In this document: positions 47,615 through 61,200 of the stretch, piece by piece
How positions within the stretch are numbered: position 1 is the stretch's first letter
Layout of the letters: each line of letters begins with the position of its first letter
Assembly: GCA_949358305.1 (NCBI GenBank)
Contig: OX442314.1
Span: forward strand, 32,054,001 to 32,118,000
From: Strigamia acuminata
Lineage: Eukaryota
Direction: 5' to 3'
Length of the DNA: 64,000 bases
Notes under the pieces: model-generated
Database searches by the model: none
The model's input: the letters and a program-made list of their open reading frames with translations, nothing else
What the model was told of the DNA's origin: nothing
Translations under genes and position numbers: made by a program

Positions 47615-50600
47615 TTATGCTGCTGAACTTGTGTGCACGCGACCAGATTTAAAATTGATCGAAAAAATTAATTCAACGAGAAATATAATTCCAGAGCAGA
47701 AAACTCCTCCGATGAGAATCAGAAATGCTGTGATTGTGTGGTAAATAGAGATGGGTTTGCAGGCATAATTTCTTGTCTCGCAAAATATTGTTACTTCATA
47801 CTTATTCTTCAGTCTGTTTAAGATCCCTTTATCTTTAAACTTCAAAATGCTGAAATGTAGATTGTAAATTTAATAGAATAATCTTTACGAATCTACTCCT
47901 ACCAGTACTCACTTCTGATTAAAAAATTCTACATATTTTGAATTTTTATCAAACATGTAATATCCTGAAAGTGCAATCGGGATTTTTACAAAACTGTACG
48001 AGCAGTTTCGTCCATACATCTCTTTCAAGATGTTGTAAAAATATATGATGGCATTTTTGTTCGTCAAAAGCAGTTTTGGAGCATCTGCGAAAGAAATGTT
48101 TCCTTTTCCATGACTTTTTTCCATGCGATGCCAAATGTCACTTGTAAGATTTGTTTGTGCATTCTACAACAACAAAAAATAATATCATAATTACTAATTT
48201 GCTATTGCCACCAACAAATCGCGATTTCATTCAATGGTGTGAAATCTGAATATAGTAAACAGTGTGACTGGTATGGTCTTAGCCAAGATAACCTAGGGAC
48301 TAGTTATCCTGGTTTGGGATGCATACTCACGTAATAATGACAAGAGACTCCATATTGCTGGTTGTTGGCCTTTAATATCATTGTCTAGGGGTTGGAGAAT
48401 CCCGTCACCCGTTGCAGGGGTGCCAGTTAGACACGTCGCACCGGAAACCGACCCATCACACACAGGCCGTGAGCCCCATGGGTGATGTGGTAAGTTCAAC
48501 ACAACATTCATGTCGTACTTACCTAGTACGACCCACGCAGCCACTCTTGGAGGCTGCAGTATGGGACATGCCATATGATACTACTGAGCTTCGCCGTGGT
48601 GAATGGTGAGGAGAGCAAAGTCAGCACAGGGCAAGGTTGCCCTTGCTCACGTCAGGCCTTGGACACATCTCGCCTCTTTGGTGGTCGCCGCTCCTCTCTC
48701 TCACATCTCTCCCTCACCACACCACTCAGCTCCCTCCTCCCCAGTACTGGGTCAGTCCACCCGCAAGGGAGGATGACATTGGGGCTACTAGGCGGTGTGT
48801 GGCAGTGACACAAGCCACCGTGGGTGGCCAAGCGATCACAACAGTATACAGGGTGTTCTAAAAGTCTGTACCCCTCCAAATATTTCCTGAGCAGTTGCAT
48901 CTAGGCCAATTTTGATGAAGCGATCGTATAGTAAGTTGGATGAGAGCAATCCAATGACGTCATCAAATTTGACCTTAAAGGTCATTTTCAAGGTCATTCA
49001 CTTGCTAACTTCTAAACCAATCAGGTTAGAGCAAAAAAGTCAATTACAAAGTTGTAGAGCACTATCAAATTAGTACTATCCAACTTATCTTAGTCATCTT
49101 AAGTTAAATGTTTTCCTTTTAAAAAGGAGACAAATCAGCTGAAATAAAGCCAGCCATTGTGACAAAACTTAAATTTCTATTACAAAAATACTAAATTACT
49201 TAAATAAACGTATTCAAATGTGCATCATTATGCAAGTAAACAAGAAAAACCACTGCCTTTTTTTAATGCCTCAATAATTATTTTATCACAAGAATAAAAA
49301 ATTTCACGTTACTGATTTTTTTTTCTGATTTGTCTCCTTTTTAAAAAGAAAACATTTAACTTAAGATAACTAAGATAAGTTGTATAGTACTAATTTGATG
49401 GTGCTCTACAACTTTGTAATTGACTTTTTTGCTCTAACCTGATTGGTTTAGAAGTTAGCAAGTGAATGACCTTGAAAATGACCTTTAAGGTCAAATTTGA
49501 TGACGTCATTGGATTGCTCTCACCCAACTTACTATACGATCGCTTCATCAAAATTGGCCTAGATGCAATTGCTCAGGAAATATTTGGAGGGTACAGACTT
49601 TTAGAACACCCTGTATAAACATGTGTACACAAATCAAAATCAATTACTTTAATGTGCTGATAAGGAAACATCTCTCCAACAGAGTACAAGCTGACTTTGT
49701 CTGCCAACAATAAATCTTGAATACTGTTGTATTGCAATCGTGACGTTGTAACAGTAAGTGATGTATATAGTAGCGCACTGTAGCTTGAAATGATTAGCAG
49801 ACGAAACAAGTTACCTGTTCCAGCAATTGTATAAACTTTGTTGGACAATAAAAATTACAACACTTGTAATATGATTAGTAATCTTATTGACGTGTATTTA
49901 CTTGAATTTGAGGTTGTTTTTTTGTGGTATTTGGAGATCGAAGCAAGAGATAGCAAAAATAAGAGATAAGTGGCTAAAATACACAACCAAACAACCATGG
50001 AAAAGGGTTTGAAAAATGTCATCCATAAAAATTGTTTGATAATGCTGTCTTGCCGCATGACAAATCCCAATGCGTCTGTGTAGCTCGGTAAGTTTACGAA
50101 GTCAAAATTCAACACACGTTCTGCTCTCATTATAAATGTCCCTTTGTAGGTGTTATATTGCTTGTAAAAATAGACAAGTTGAATAATAAAAGTATTATTA
50201 AAAATGTTGCACGCTATAGTAAAGTTTGCAATTTTTCAGAGGTAATATACCGAGCGCGACGTGTAATTGTCGGGATAATTAGGTCAGCACAAATCTTCTT
50301 GCCTGATGATCTTCTCTGACAAGAAGATGAGTGCTGACCTAAGCCCGACAATTACTAAGCGCAAGGTGTATTTAAAACGAGAATTTACTGATAGAAAATA
50401 ATGGAGAAAGTGAAAATCGGAATTTACCTTGAGATTAGGCCTAACAAAACAACAATCGTTCTCCCGACCAATCAAACCACTTTTGACATTTGATGCTTGG
50501 TTCGTAAAGGCCGCAATGGAGGGCGCCAGTAGCAAGAGAAAAATTCCCGGGAAAAATGCATGGCGAGAGGAAATTTTTCCCGGTAAGAACCAATGAGACG

Positions 50601-53600
50601 TCAAAATCGATTTGTTACGTGCCTCAGGATTGGTCGGGAAAACAATTGTTGTTTTGTTAGGCCTAATCTCATTCGTAGTTATTAATAGCCCTAACTAGTG
50701 GTAAATTCTCGGATTAAACTCCAAATAATTAAAATTTCTCAGTAAATTAATATCGCGACCATTGATATTCGACCTTTACAGTCTTACAAGTCTGATAAAG
50801 TATCCTTGCACCTTGCACCAACTGGCTACCGTAATATCTAATATCCCAATAGTTGCATTCAAATTGGTTAAGAAAAATTTGCTTAACTGTATTATGGTAA
50901 GTTAATGACCTAGTTTTCATTTCCAAATATGATTTTTTCACCAAGGTTGAACGACGTTGTTAGGTTTAGCCACTTTGAGAATTAGGTGTACTTCATCTCT
51001 CATTGGCTCACATTTCATGTGACGTCAGTGGGCGCCAGTTGTGCTGATCAAACTTTGGAAATCCACAAATGTCACCAATTCACACCAAATTAATGATCTA
51101 CTGTACCCCCTCATTTGAACGCCCGGGCGTTTAGTAGTATTTTTGAGCCAATCCGCCCGGCGCCAATTTGAAACCCGGCGTTTATTCGGGCCTGGCGGAT
51201 AACCCAAAAATTGGCGATTTTTTGCCAAAAAAGGTGATTTTTCTGCAAAAATTGTCATTTTTCCGCAAAAAATCAGCTATTTTTGGGGTTCCCGGCGTTT
51301 ATACGGGGCCGGCGTCTATAAACTACTGTATATTTGCACTCGTGCGCTATTTGCAAAAAAATATTTTGACCCGCGCGCAATTCGAGGTCCGCGGGCTATT
51401 AGAGGCCCGCGTATAATCGATAATATACGGTATTTTGTGTACGCCTGCCCGGCGTTAAAACGGGCCTGGCATCTGAATGAAGCCGGGCGTTTAAATGAGG
51501 CAGTACGGTAATTTATTCTCCAAATTTTGCATGTAATTTTCAGATTTGGGATTTCAATTTGGGTTATTTTTTTTTGCCACCATCAACCACCATCCACCAT
51601 TCTTCTACTCATTGTGCATTGTTCTTTAAAAAAACAGGTTGATCGTCAAGGGATCGCAAGCCAAAATTTTTTCTCTTTAAGTATTAGAAAATTTAGTTTT
51701 GTTTAATTGGATTAATTAACCCATTTAATTGTTCTGTTTTATTATTTCTTTAAAACATTTTTTTTATTGGTTGTGTCGATCCGGTGATTTCCAGCAATTT
51801 TTATTCCTTCAACTTTAAATATTGACTTAACCAATTTGAACGCACCTAATGTTTTAATTAGAACACTCACTTTCTTTTTCAAATTTGTCAATAAATTGTT
51901 CAAACTCTTAATGATAATTGTATCTATTGAGCTAGAAATGAAATGTGGAAAAGTTTATGCCAGTAGTAAACCAAAGATAAAAAACTTTACCAAATGCTTT
52001 TCATTTTCTCCAATATGTCATCTAGAATTTCATCACATAGTAAATCTATTTCAGTTATAAATTTTTGTTCTTTTTCAAGCTGTAAAAAACAGGATGGTTT
52101 CTTATTAATCCGTCCATTTTGGATCACTTTTTAAGCCGGCACCCAAAATAACCTAAATTCTCATTTGGAAGGCAGATCTTTCTTTTTTTCCTTTGACATT
52201 AAATCAAAATCAGAGACGAATGGCTCTTTTACCTCCGTCGAGAACATCGTCGACGAACTATGCAACTTTATCGGCTTTGCTCATTTTCGACTTTTGCGTT
52301 TATCGCTAAAATGAAATTCTCGTGTTTTCTCGCGTTTTCTCGCGTTTGCCAATTTGACCCATCGCCAATTTGACTCATCGCCAATTTGGGAGCTCGCCAA
52401 TTTAACCCATCGCCAATTTGGGAGCTCGCCAATTTGGGAACACGATTCCTATTTAATGGGTTCGGCGATCGCCATTATGCAATCTCCGATTTGGCCGTCG
52501 CCAATTTAGAGAGTCGCCAATTTGGTCGTTGCCAATTTGGCGCTGCCAATTTGGTCCCCGCCCCGCAAACTTAATCATAAGTTAATCACAATTCAGAATG
52601 CAAAATGTAATACTGTTAGAAATAATTTTTTGAATTGTAATAGCATGCTTCACCTGGCTTATAGTAAAATTTTGTTTCTTCAGAAACAATGTTGTGTGTG
52701 AAATTTCTTCAAATTGACATTTTTGTTGTTCTGCACAGTTTATCCCTAAGTTGGTTGATTGAAAAATGTTCCCATCAAATTCATATTTCAATAACTGCAA
52801 GCTAAAATCCTAGAATTTATAATAAAAAATATGCATATTAACTTCTTTATTTATAACTTTTAATTTGCATCTGCTATTATTTTAAAGTTCAGATATACTG
52901 AATCCAAACGTTTGAAAAGATGTGTAGTGAACAGGCTCATTCACCAATGCAAAGATTTTGCAATCGTGTGATTTTTGAAAAATCGCACAATTTCATGGAC
53001 AACGTACGACGATCGCAACTTCCACGGATACTCAGGTCCCGGTGGGCGACAAAGTCGCCACGCCGATCAGTTGGGTCGCCATCGCAGTCAGTTCTGAGGA
53101 GACTGTCGGAATGCGACCCTTTATCATGCTGGCTGTTCAACAACTCGTGGGTCACTTCGGGGGCCGATTGGACTATCAAGGGCTCGCAGCTCCACCTGGT
53201 TGCGGAGTGCCGCAACAGGCGCACGGGAGACTCGAGAGCTGCACCAAAGCACTGCACTGCAGGTAAGTGATCAGCGCGTAGGGGCAGCTGGTGACAGTTT
53301 GACTTGGGTTGCCGTGGAAAATCTTGAAACATTAAGTGCGCTATGAACAGAAAAATTTTGGGAACCTAAGACTGTATTTCTTCGATTCGAAGACGCATCC
53401 CACTTTTAGAGATGGTATGATGGGAAGAAATATGCATTTTATATGCTAAGATGCTTCGATTATAAGAGGAACCCCGTTTTTTGAGATGCTAATGTGGGGG
53501 GAAAAAAATGCGTCTTCGAATAAAAAAAATACGATATGATTGAACCCTGTGAGAAGTTTCAATTCACCAATTTATTGATTTAAATGAGCAGATCTGGATG

Positions 53601-54923
53601 TACACTGTGTACTTTCATAAATATTGAAGTTGAATGGTATTCATTCATAACAAGATAAACATTCTGTGTACATATCATTTAACTAGGTATTGGCTCTCAC
53701 CATGCGATGTTCCGAATATGTGAATAAGTAAACTTTATTCTGTCTCCATGCGATGAGATCTTGTAACAAGTGCAAATATACATCATGCTTTTGATCTTTA
53801 GTTCCTAATGTTTCCTTGACGACAACTACCAATATTTTGTTTTCAACTGAGTTAAAAGCATAATGACCAAGCTGGAATTAAAATTTATTATTAAATATGT
53901 AGCCAGAATGCAGTGTTATACTTGGCACCCACTTGACTCAAACATAGCAGAAAGTTCTGTTTTTTGCCAATCTCCCCGATTTAAACTTGACACATGAATT
54001 TAAAAACATCAAACGCGGCCAATGTTCAGCCGATTATTTCAACGGGAAACGAAGCTTTTTTTGGCCACATTCGAGCAATCAAATGCAACCAAATTTTCAA
54101 ATTTATTAATTTTTACACAAATGCTGCCAAATGAAATTATGGTATATTTTCTGTCCACTTTTCTGCCCACTTTTCTTGCGAGATGGGAACCAGCAACAGA
54201 AAAGTTTACATTTAAGCTCTGAAAATTTTCTGCCATAAAAACCTTTCTATCGAGTTTTTCATTCAAGTGGGAACCGAACGTTAAAACTAGAATAGATTAG
54301 ACGTTCTGTCATTAGATCAACAAACATTCGGTCGGCATGGCAATAAGTTGACAAACATGACTGCCTGTCATAAGTTGTCAAACTTACGCTGTTCCCGACT
54401 AGCAGAATGAATGATTGATTGAGTTTGAGGAGAATGCTCTTTACTTGTTCATAACTTTCGATCCAAATGAGAATCAGCTGAAAAGGAGCATCATTAAAAT
54501 CTAACGATGTGTTCGTGAATTGTTGTGCCGACATTTGAATTTTTCCAGCCCAACTGAAACGGATCAATTTCAACAAGCAAGTTGGAACTAGAATTTTTAA
54601 AAAATATTAATATTTAAAAATAAAAAAAAAATAATTAAATTAGTAACCATAATCATTTTGATAAATAATATGTATTCTTCTTGCATTTGTGATTTGTACA
54701 ATATTCGATAATTGAAAAATGAGTTGGTTGTCACAATCAGATAAAGATGAATTCAGTGAGAGAGAATTTTTCCAACCTTAAAGATGAAGCATTGATATTC
54801 AGGTTAATATTTTATTTATTGAGAATGTAAAATTAAATTAATAAAACGTGTAATCAGCTTACTGTTTGAAATGTCTATGAATTCAGCGATTAAAGAAAAG
54901 AAAAATATTCTGAAAATGTTCAT
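47615..54923 (-). CDS. IR/iGluR-like gene copy D, 11 exons, apparently intact (~600 aa), lacking the M2 pore loop
   Basis: Start MNIFRIFFFSL. S1 LLCDEILDDILEKMK...QYNTYKGTFIMRAERVLNFDF, FFKPFSMVVWLCIL, M3 LFRLLIISSYSALLYTSLTV, S2 FDKNSKYVEFFNQ, M4 TAFLILIGGVFCSGIIFLVE. No stops seen after manual splicing. Confidence 0.85.
48849..49613. mobile_element. Tc1/mariner-type MITE with ~300-bp TIRs
   Basis: TA-CAGGGTGTTCTAAAAGTCTGTACCC...GGGTACAGACTTTTAGAACACCCTG-TA. Confidence 0.88.
50430..50670. mobile_element. MITE with ~43-bp TIRs
   Basis: GAGATTAGGCCTAACAAAACAACAAT...CCCGACCAATC is inverted at 50628-50670. Confidence 0.7.
51101..51508. mobile_element. Tc1/pogo-type MITE
   Basis: TA-CTGTACCCCCTCATTTGAACGCCCGG...CCGGGCGTTTAAATGAGGCAGTACGG-TA, with internal CCGGCGTTTAT repeats. 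Confidence 0.75.
52345..52567. repeat. Degenerate array of GCCAATTT motifs, probably a transposon subterminal region
   Basis: About 9 copies at ~12-17-bp spacing. Confidence 0.6.
53372..53533. mobile_element. Small MITE
   Basis: CTGTATTTCTTCGATTCGAAGACGCA...TGCGTCTTCGAATAAAAAAAATACG. Confidence 0.55.
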
Positions 54924-57900
54924 GATAAGAGAAAACTTGTACGCTGTTCTTAGTTCACAGTCCCAGTGATATTGACTGCTTCATACCCTTGACACGAGAC
55001 ACGATCAAACTGATGTTAGCAACGACTGCTAACAACTCGTGTGGACATAACCACTGCTGAGGCCCACTGCTTAATGTTTCCAGTGCCACCTGGTGCCAGT
55101 TGGTCATATGTTTATTTATATTAACAATATGTTGGAACATTTTGAACGGGACTGTATTATACGCGCGACATTCTTATGCATTCGGTTATGCGTACTGTTT
55201 GCATGCATGAAAACTTAGTATATGTACTGCATTTAATTGCATTTGGATTAAAATTGTGTTTTTGACCTTAGCAATGTTACAACTGCTACAGCAAGCGGTC
55301 GATTGGTCAGTTAACATTTCAAAGTGACATGTGTGACAGAAACACACAATTCTAAAATAAACAGTATGTCCATCACTATGACAGTTAGTTGATCTGTTCT
55401 TCCTTCTGAGGGCACATGTTGACACTGGACACACGACCAACTCTGTCTGTCTGTTTAAAGTCTGTACTAGATACACATCTGACATAAGTCAATATATTCA
55501 CTGGTTTCATTGATTATCGCTCATACTGTGGTGTAACACATCTCACAACTAAGGCCGAATCGAATTGATGAAATTACCTTGTTAACCAAAAATGGATCAA
55601 TGGCTCCTCCTTTTGAATGTATTTGTTTGTTAGATTTTTCTTCTTCTTCGTGTTGTTAGGCTTGTGATTGGAGTTTACGAACAAAAAAGTTCCACTAATA
55701 GTTTTCGCACACACCATGGGAGTAACATATTTATTAGGGGGAACTAAAGGTAGGGGAGTGCAATAGTTTACTTGGGGAGTTTTGACAGTGATGTATCTCG
55801 TTCACCAAATGCTGAACTAGTTCAAGTTCTCGTTCATCACCGTGTGAACGTGTTCACGTTAACATTTTCTACGATTACATAAAACGATTATAAAACGATT
55901 ATATACTGTAAAACAAAAATTAAATTTGCGATTTAGGAACCATAATCATCTTGATAATAACTAGTGCAATATTGAATATTTGAAAATGGAACTAAAAAAG
56001 TGTTTTCCCATGCTAGAAGAAAAGTTAAATGTATACACACTCTAATTTACTGCCATAATTATTTAATTATTCAGAATTTGTATGATGAATGCTTCTCAAT
56101 AGATTACTTTTTGATACATCGATAGATACAGAGAACAAGCAAAAGAAAAATACTTTTAAAACGTTCATCCTCCAAGTGGCACCATTCGGGCCCATTCTCT
56201 CAGCTTTCAAAAAAAGAAAACGACCGCACAATGGGAAGAATTCTAGTGTTGTTGATATGTTTTAGCAAGTGCGGCCCAGTATATTTCATGAAATTTTATG
56301 TCTTTTGGCAGATCCAGCAATTCAATCATGCATTCGTAACAGCAAAAATGTAAAATAATATTAAATATCACCTGTCAGTAAAAATATTCAAATGCAATTC
56401 ATGCATTGTTGCTAAGAACTTAATAGCGTTTAGCAATCTCACTCAGTCTTACAAATAAAACACTCGACTCATAAATCTTTAAGTGATCAGACACGTCTTT
56501 CATTTTACTCAATTTGATTTTTTTTTGTACTGGAGTTCATCGTCAATTACTTGATCTTAAATTTAAATCAATCGAATTCTTTCTTCACATTTGTATTTGT
56601 TGTAGTTTAGGGTCTGATTGTCATTGGCTATTAAAACGCCCAAAATTTATCTCATCCAGTCTGATATTTGTGATGAATGTTTGATTTTGTGACTTACCCG
56701 AGCAATTAGTAGCACACGTTCACCTTGGCGGGTTTTAACTCGTCATACATCATATAAACGCTGTGGGTGTGACTTGAAATGTATCATATGCAGCTCAGTC
56801 TATCTAAAGAATATTTTCATCATTTATAAAGTGTGTTCAAACCGGTACCATTTTATAGTTTTTACTGTTTACCGTAGTTGATTTCGCCGTTCTTGCAGCA
56901 TCCATATTGTCATGTTGCACACTACTGCCATCTGGCGTAGAATTAGTTAAACGCTGACTAAAACGCTCTAATTTGTGCATTTTAGAGTTCATTTTACGCC
57001 ATACTACAGCTACAGAATATAATTTGTGTAAGCTAATTTCCCCTTTAGAGTCTTTACGGTTCTTTAGTTTTAAACAAACCTTTTCAGTTTATTTACTGTA
57101 GTGTTTTTATTTTAAATCGAACTTAATAAAGTGAAAATATTCCAGAGTTGTGCTTCATAGGTCGTGTAAAGAGAAGGAAAAAAGTGTATAATTGCTTTGA
57201 ATTTCAGAATTCGACTGATTTATTGAACTAATTAAAGCTGCTAAGCTATCATGGCTTTGCAACTGTACATTGTTGCAGTTGTCATCGTGTGTCACCATGG
57301 CGTTGGTAAATACAACAGTTGCTAATGAGAATAGGAGTTACAATTCTAGAGTGTTGCAAAGTGTTGTCGCGTCCTACTTTGTATAGGTTTAAATAGCGCT
57401 AACGTGTAATACTTTACCTGTGATCAATTATGCAAATACCCAAATGAATACTAAATGTATGTAAATAAACAGGTAATTTATTCACCAGGCTTTATGCCTT
57501 TAAAATACACTCAGTAATAATTCTAGAGTCGACGTGGTCAGCGTCGAACAAAGGATTTCTCAAGATGGCGTCGTCGATTCCGCGTGGTCGGCGGAACAAA
57601 GGCGGCGTCTCGAGTTGTCGTTAATTCGTCACGGATTCGTCTTCACGGACGCGGTGGAATGCTCTCTCGAGTCTTCTATCCGTGCCTGTTGTCTAGGGTT
57701 TGGTTTAGCGTCGCAGAGGCCTCGTCTAGGAACTTTGGGGTTCCCTACAAAGCACTCGGACACTTACTTCGGCGAATAATCGTCTGGGCGATTATTCTGG
57801 GTGATTTCACAAGGGCTATTCTCGTGCTTTCGCAGGAATAGCTCGCAAGTGACTTCGTGAGAGTTACAGTTTGCACTTTACTCAGCGATCCTCGATCAAT

Positions 57901-58214
57901 CCTAACTTGTAGTTGAAGTTGGCCTGACGGTGAGGTAGTTGCTGTGTTCTTGGTGTCGTTTGTGTAAGTTCTGTCTTTTGGCGGGAATTTCTCCCTTTTA
58001 TGGGTCAGTGTAAGGGGCCGGCGCAGCCAATGGGGGCTTGCCACCCGACACCTCACTCCCCTCGGGGCACACACCTGCTCAGAGAGAGGCGGAGCCAACA
58101 CGAGAGGAATGACCCGTCTGTTGCAGTGAGTCAAAGGGCAAATATCCGCTTGGGGGGAATATTTATCCCTTTTGCTCACCACACGTCCTTCCCCCAGCTT
58201 TGAACACGGGGTGT

Positions 58215-61200
58215 TCACAAGCGATCCCTAACTCTCCTCCAGCTCTTAGCCCGTGGTAACGTATAATCAAAACTTAAGGCTGAAGCCGGGATGTGTGGTG
58301 TCGGGAATAATTGGTTTCCGTTGGAAATAGAACGTGGGTTCACTTGCTCACTCATGGAGAACCAAACATGTTTATTTTTTGGTTTGCATGTTGTTTCGGT
58401 CTGTGTACGCCTCCAATGAGTGAGGAATACAACGAGAGTTCCACTGTCGTTGTGGGTGGCCGATGTCTCTATGGCAATGGTCAGTACAAATGGGCTAGCC
58501 GTATGAGTTGGAATTGACTTTGTTGTTCTCGGTACTCTGGGTTGTTGATCCTGTGAGTTCTGCGATGAGTCTTGTCGCTCCCGATTGTTAGTTGATGGTG
58601 AAGTTGTCGAGGGCTCAACTGCAAGTGGTAAAATGACACACCAGGGGCTGGTTGGCTGTTGGCTAGCTGATGTAATTGGCCAAGACAGTCCATCTCTGTC
58701 GTGTGTCAAACCATAGTGGATGTTGCTTGTCGAGGGGACAACTGGGCTCCACATGTCGCTCATTGATGGAGGTATGCTTATATCCTCTCGATTAACGGTG
58801 GTCCAAACAGCCATAGCTTGTTTTACATGGCAATCTTGGGCCAAGTCTGTATTGGACAAAGTGGCGACGGCGACTTTGGCGTTTTCCATTTCACGAAGAA
58901 AAGTCTTGAGTTTGTTACAATTGGGATTCTGCCGGCTGTTTGTATTATTGTCACGTTGCTGGTTAATGTTGATAGGGTTTATCTTCTCACAGACTTGTGG
59001 GCGAATATTTCTCGCCTGAACGATGACTGGGTCAATTGGGGTTAATCGACTGCCCCACTTCTCGTTTGATAACTCCACCAGATGTCGTTCATCATCTATT
59101 GGGGCTTCCGTCATTGAATTTTCGATTGAGGGGGCTGTACCGGCATTGCTTTGTTTCTGGTGCTTGGCGCGGCCGGGCCCCACTGTGGTTGGTTCTTCAT
59201 TTGCAATCTCTGTCGGCAGCGTTATTAAAGTCTTGATGCAGCGGTGAATGTGTTCTGATTTTGACTGAATTTCTAACCATGTCTTTGGGGAAACTTCTGG
59301 CAGATATTGTGTCAGCCGATCCACATCCACAGGCTCTGATTTGTAGCTGTCTATTATTTGCAGCAGTTTGTAAGTATTGCCGCCCTGTCCAGCTCTGCTC
59401 GTGCCGGAACTGCCTCTTTGAACTGCCTGACTGGCAGCCGTATCCTTGGCTGCACTGAGCAGTTTGTGAATTTCTTTCCAAACATGGTCATTAGCTTCAC
59501 AGTCCGTGAATGGAATATCCGTTTCCAAATTGTGAATTCTCTCAAGTATGTCGAAATTTTGTGCAATCAGGTTTTGATTCCACTTGCACCCATATCCATA
59601 TGTCTTGCTCGGGATATTCTTTAATTTGCCATCAAAATCTTTGAATATTTGAAAGACAAATTGCGTGTCATTGTCTGATAATACTTTTTTCTTGAATTTG
59701 AATTTCAGTGCTGCATCGAATAAATTCTCTGTGATCTCCACAGCAAAGCGTTTAGCGAGGGCACAGATCTTAATCCGCCCAGTGGCAACATATTGGGGAT
59801 ATTGTCCAATGAGATAAGAAGTGTTTTTTCTCATCCTGTCTGGGTGGCTGGTCAGCGGGGGCTCGTGTAACAAACAGAGGATTTGTTTCTTCAGAGTTGA
59901 CTGCACTGCTATCATTCTAGTGTTGTCTGGCTCACTCCAATTGTCTTTGAAGTTTGGACACAGTTTGTCTTGCTCACAATCTGTTTTTAATGCTCCTTTC
60001 TCCATTTTTGGCTTTTCTTGATTTTCTTCCAAAATTATTGTTGCTTTCTTTATCTCTTCCCCTCCCAAGATGTCTTCGTCCAACTGATTCGCTCTCTTGA
60101 GCTCTGAGAAGGAGCGGTTAGCAACAAACTCTTTATTGTGGCACCTCATAGTGAGATCGGGCGGTCGGCGCTTCATTGCAAATGGTTCACAATTGGCCGC
60201 TTGACTCTGCGCCGGTCGGTTCCTTTTTTCTCTTGTCTTTTTTCGTTTCTCTTTTTGGTTTTTCTTTCTGATGGGTTTAGTAACTTGAGGAGTTTGTAAC
60301 GTCCCAACTGGAGATGGTTGAGCCCTTTTTCCTAGCTGTTTTTGTTTCACCGTTGCTTTGGTTTTTATCAGGCTGCGTGCAGAGGCCCTAATTTGACAGT
60401 CAACTTTGGGATTATGCAACGTGCTTGATTGATTAGGCTCCTGAACGCAGTCTTTTAGTTTTTTGCTTTCATTTAGACAGGGGGTGCCTTTATATTTGTT
60501 CATTGGAGGTAACAATCGATTCCATTGTCTGTCTTCTCGCTCGGGATGATGTTCGTCGCATTTCTGTTTGGCACAGTGAGGATGATGCGTTTTATCATTT
60601 TCAGAAGTGCTTTCTTCTGCTTCCTCCCTCTCCGAAATCGCTTGCTCCGGTTGGGCTGGAGTCACGTCGGGCTGTTTTTGTTGGTCAGTTTCCTGATGAG
60701 AACTTGATTGGTCATCTTGCAAACGCTCTGGTTTGTCATTCAAATTTTTTGGCAACAAATCTTTAATTTTTTCCATTGGTTCTAATATTGCTTGCTCTGC
60801 CTTATTTGTTTGTCCATGCTCGTCACAAATATTCACGATTGGCAGTGGAGTCAGTGTAGAAACCCGTACATTGTTTAGCGTTTTATTTTTGTTTTGGTCG
60901 CAGTTTATTCTTCCCGAAAAAGAAAAGACTATTTTTGTTAAATTCTTTTCCTGTGCAGTCCTGTCGTCTGACGCTTTCGTTAACAGCTTGGTCAATTGGC
61001 CGACCTCGCTCGTTACTTCGGTGTAACTTGGACGTGAAAGGAGCGTTGCGTTTCTGTCTCGAGCTTTTTTCTTTGGCTTGTGTTTATAATTTTCAAATTC
61101 AGACTTGAGGCAACTTAGTAGTGTTTTAGTTCTACTCGATGTTTCCTTTCTATTGTCCTTTGTCGTTTGTTTGTCAGCGTGCGGCTTGGGATTGGTTACG

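Noticed and set aside
48235..48843. TG...CA bounded GC-rich segment, possible solo LTR
   Set aside because: No TSD and no second copy in the window.
49836..49901. The 66-68-nt intron as a hidden M2-coding segment
   Set aside because: In-frame stop in all three copies, GT-AG ends, and splicing restores a gapless match to the pre-M3 segment.
57534..58218. ORFs duplicated at 63388-63988
   Set aside because: They lie within the LTRs and show no protein motifs.
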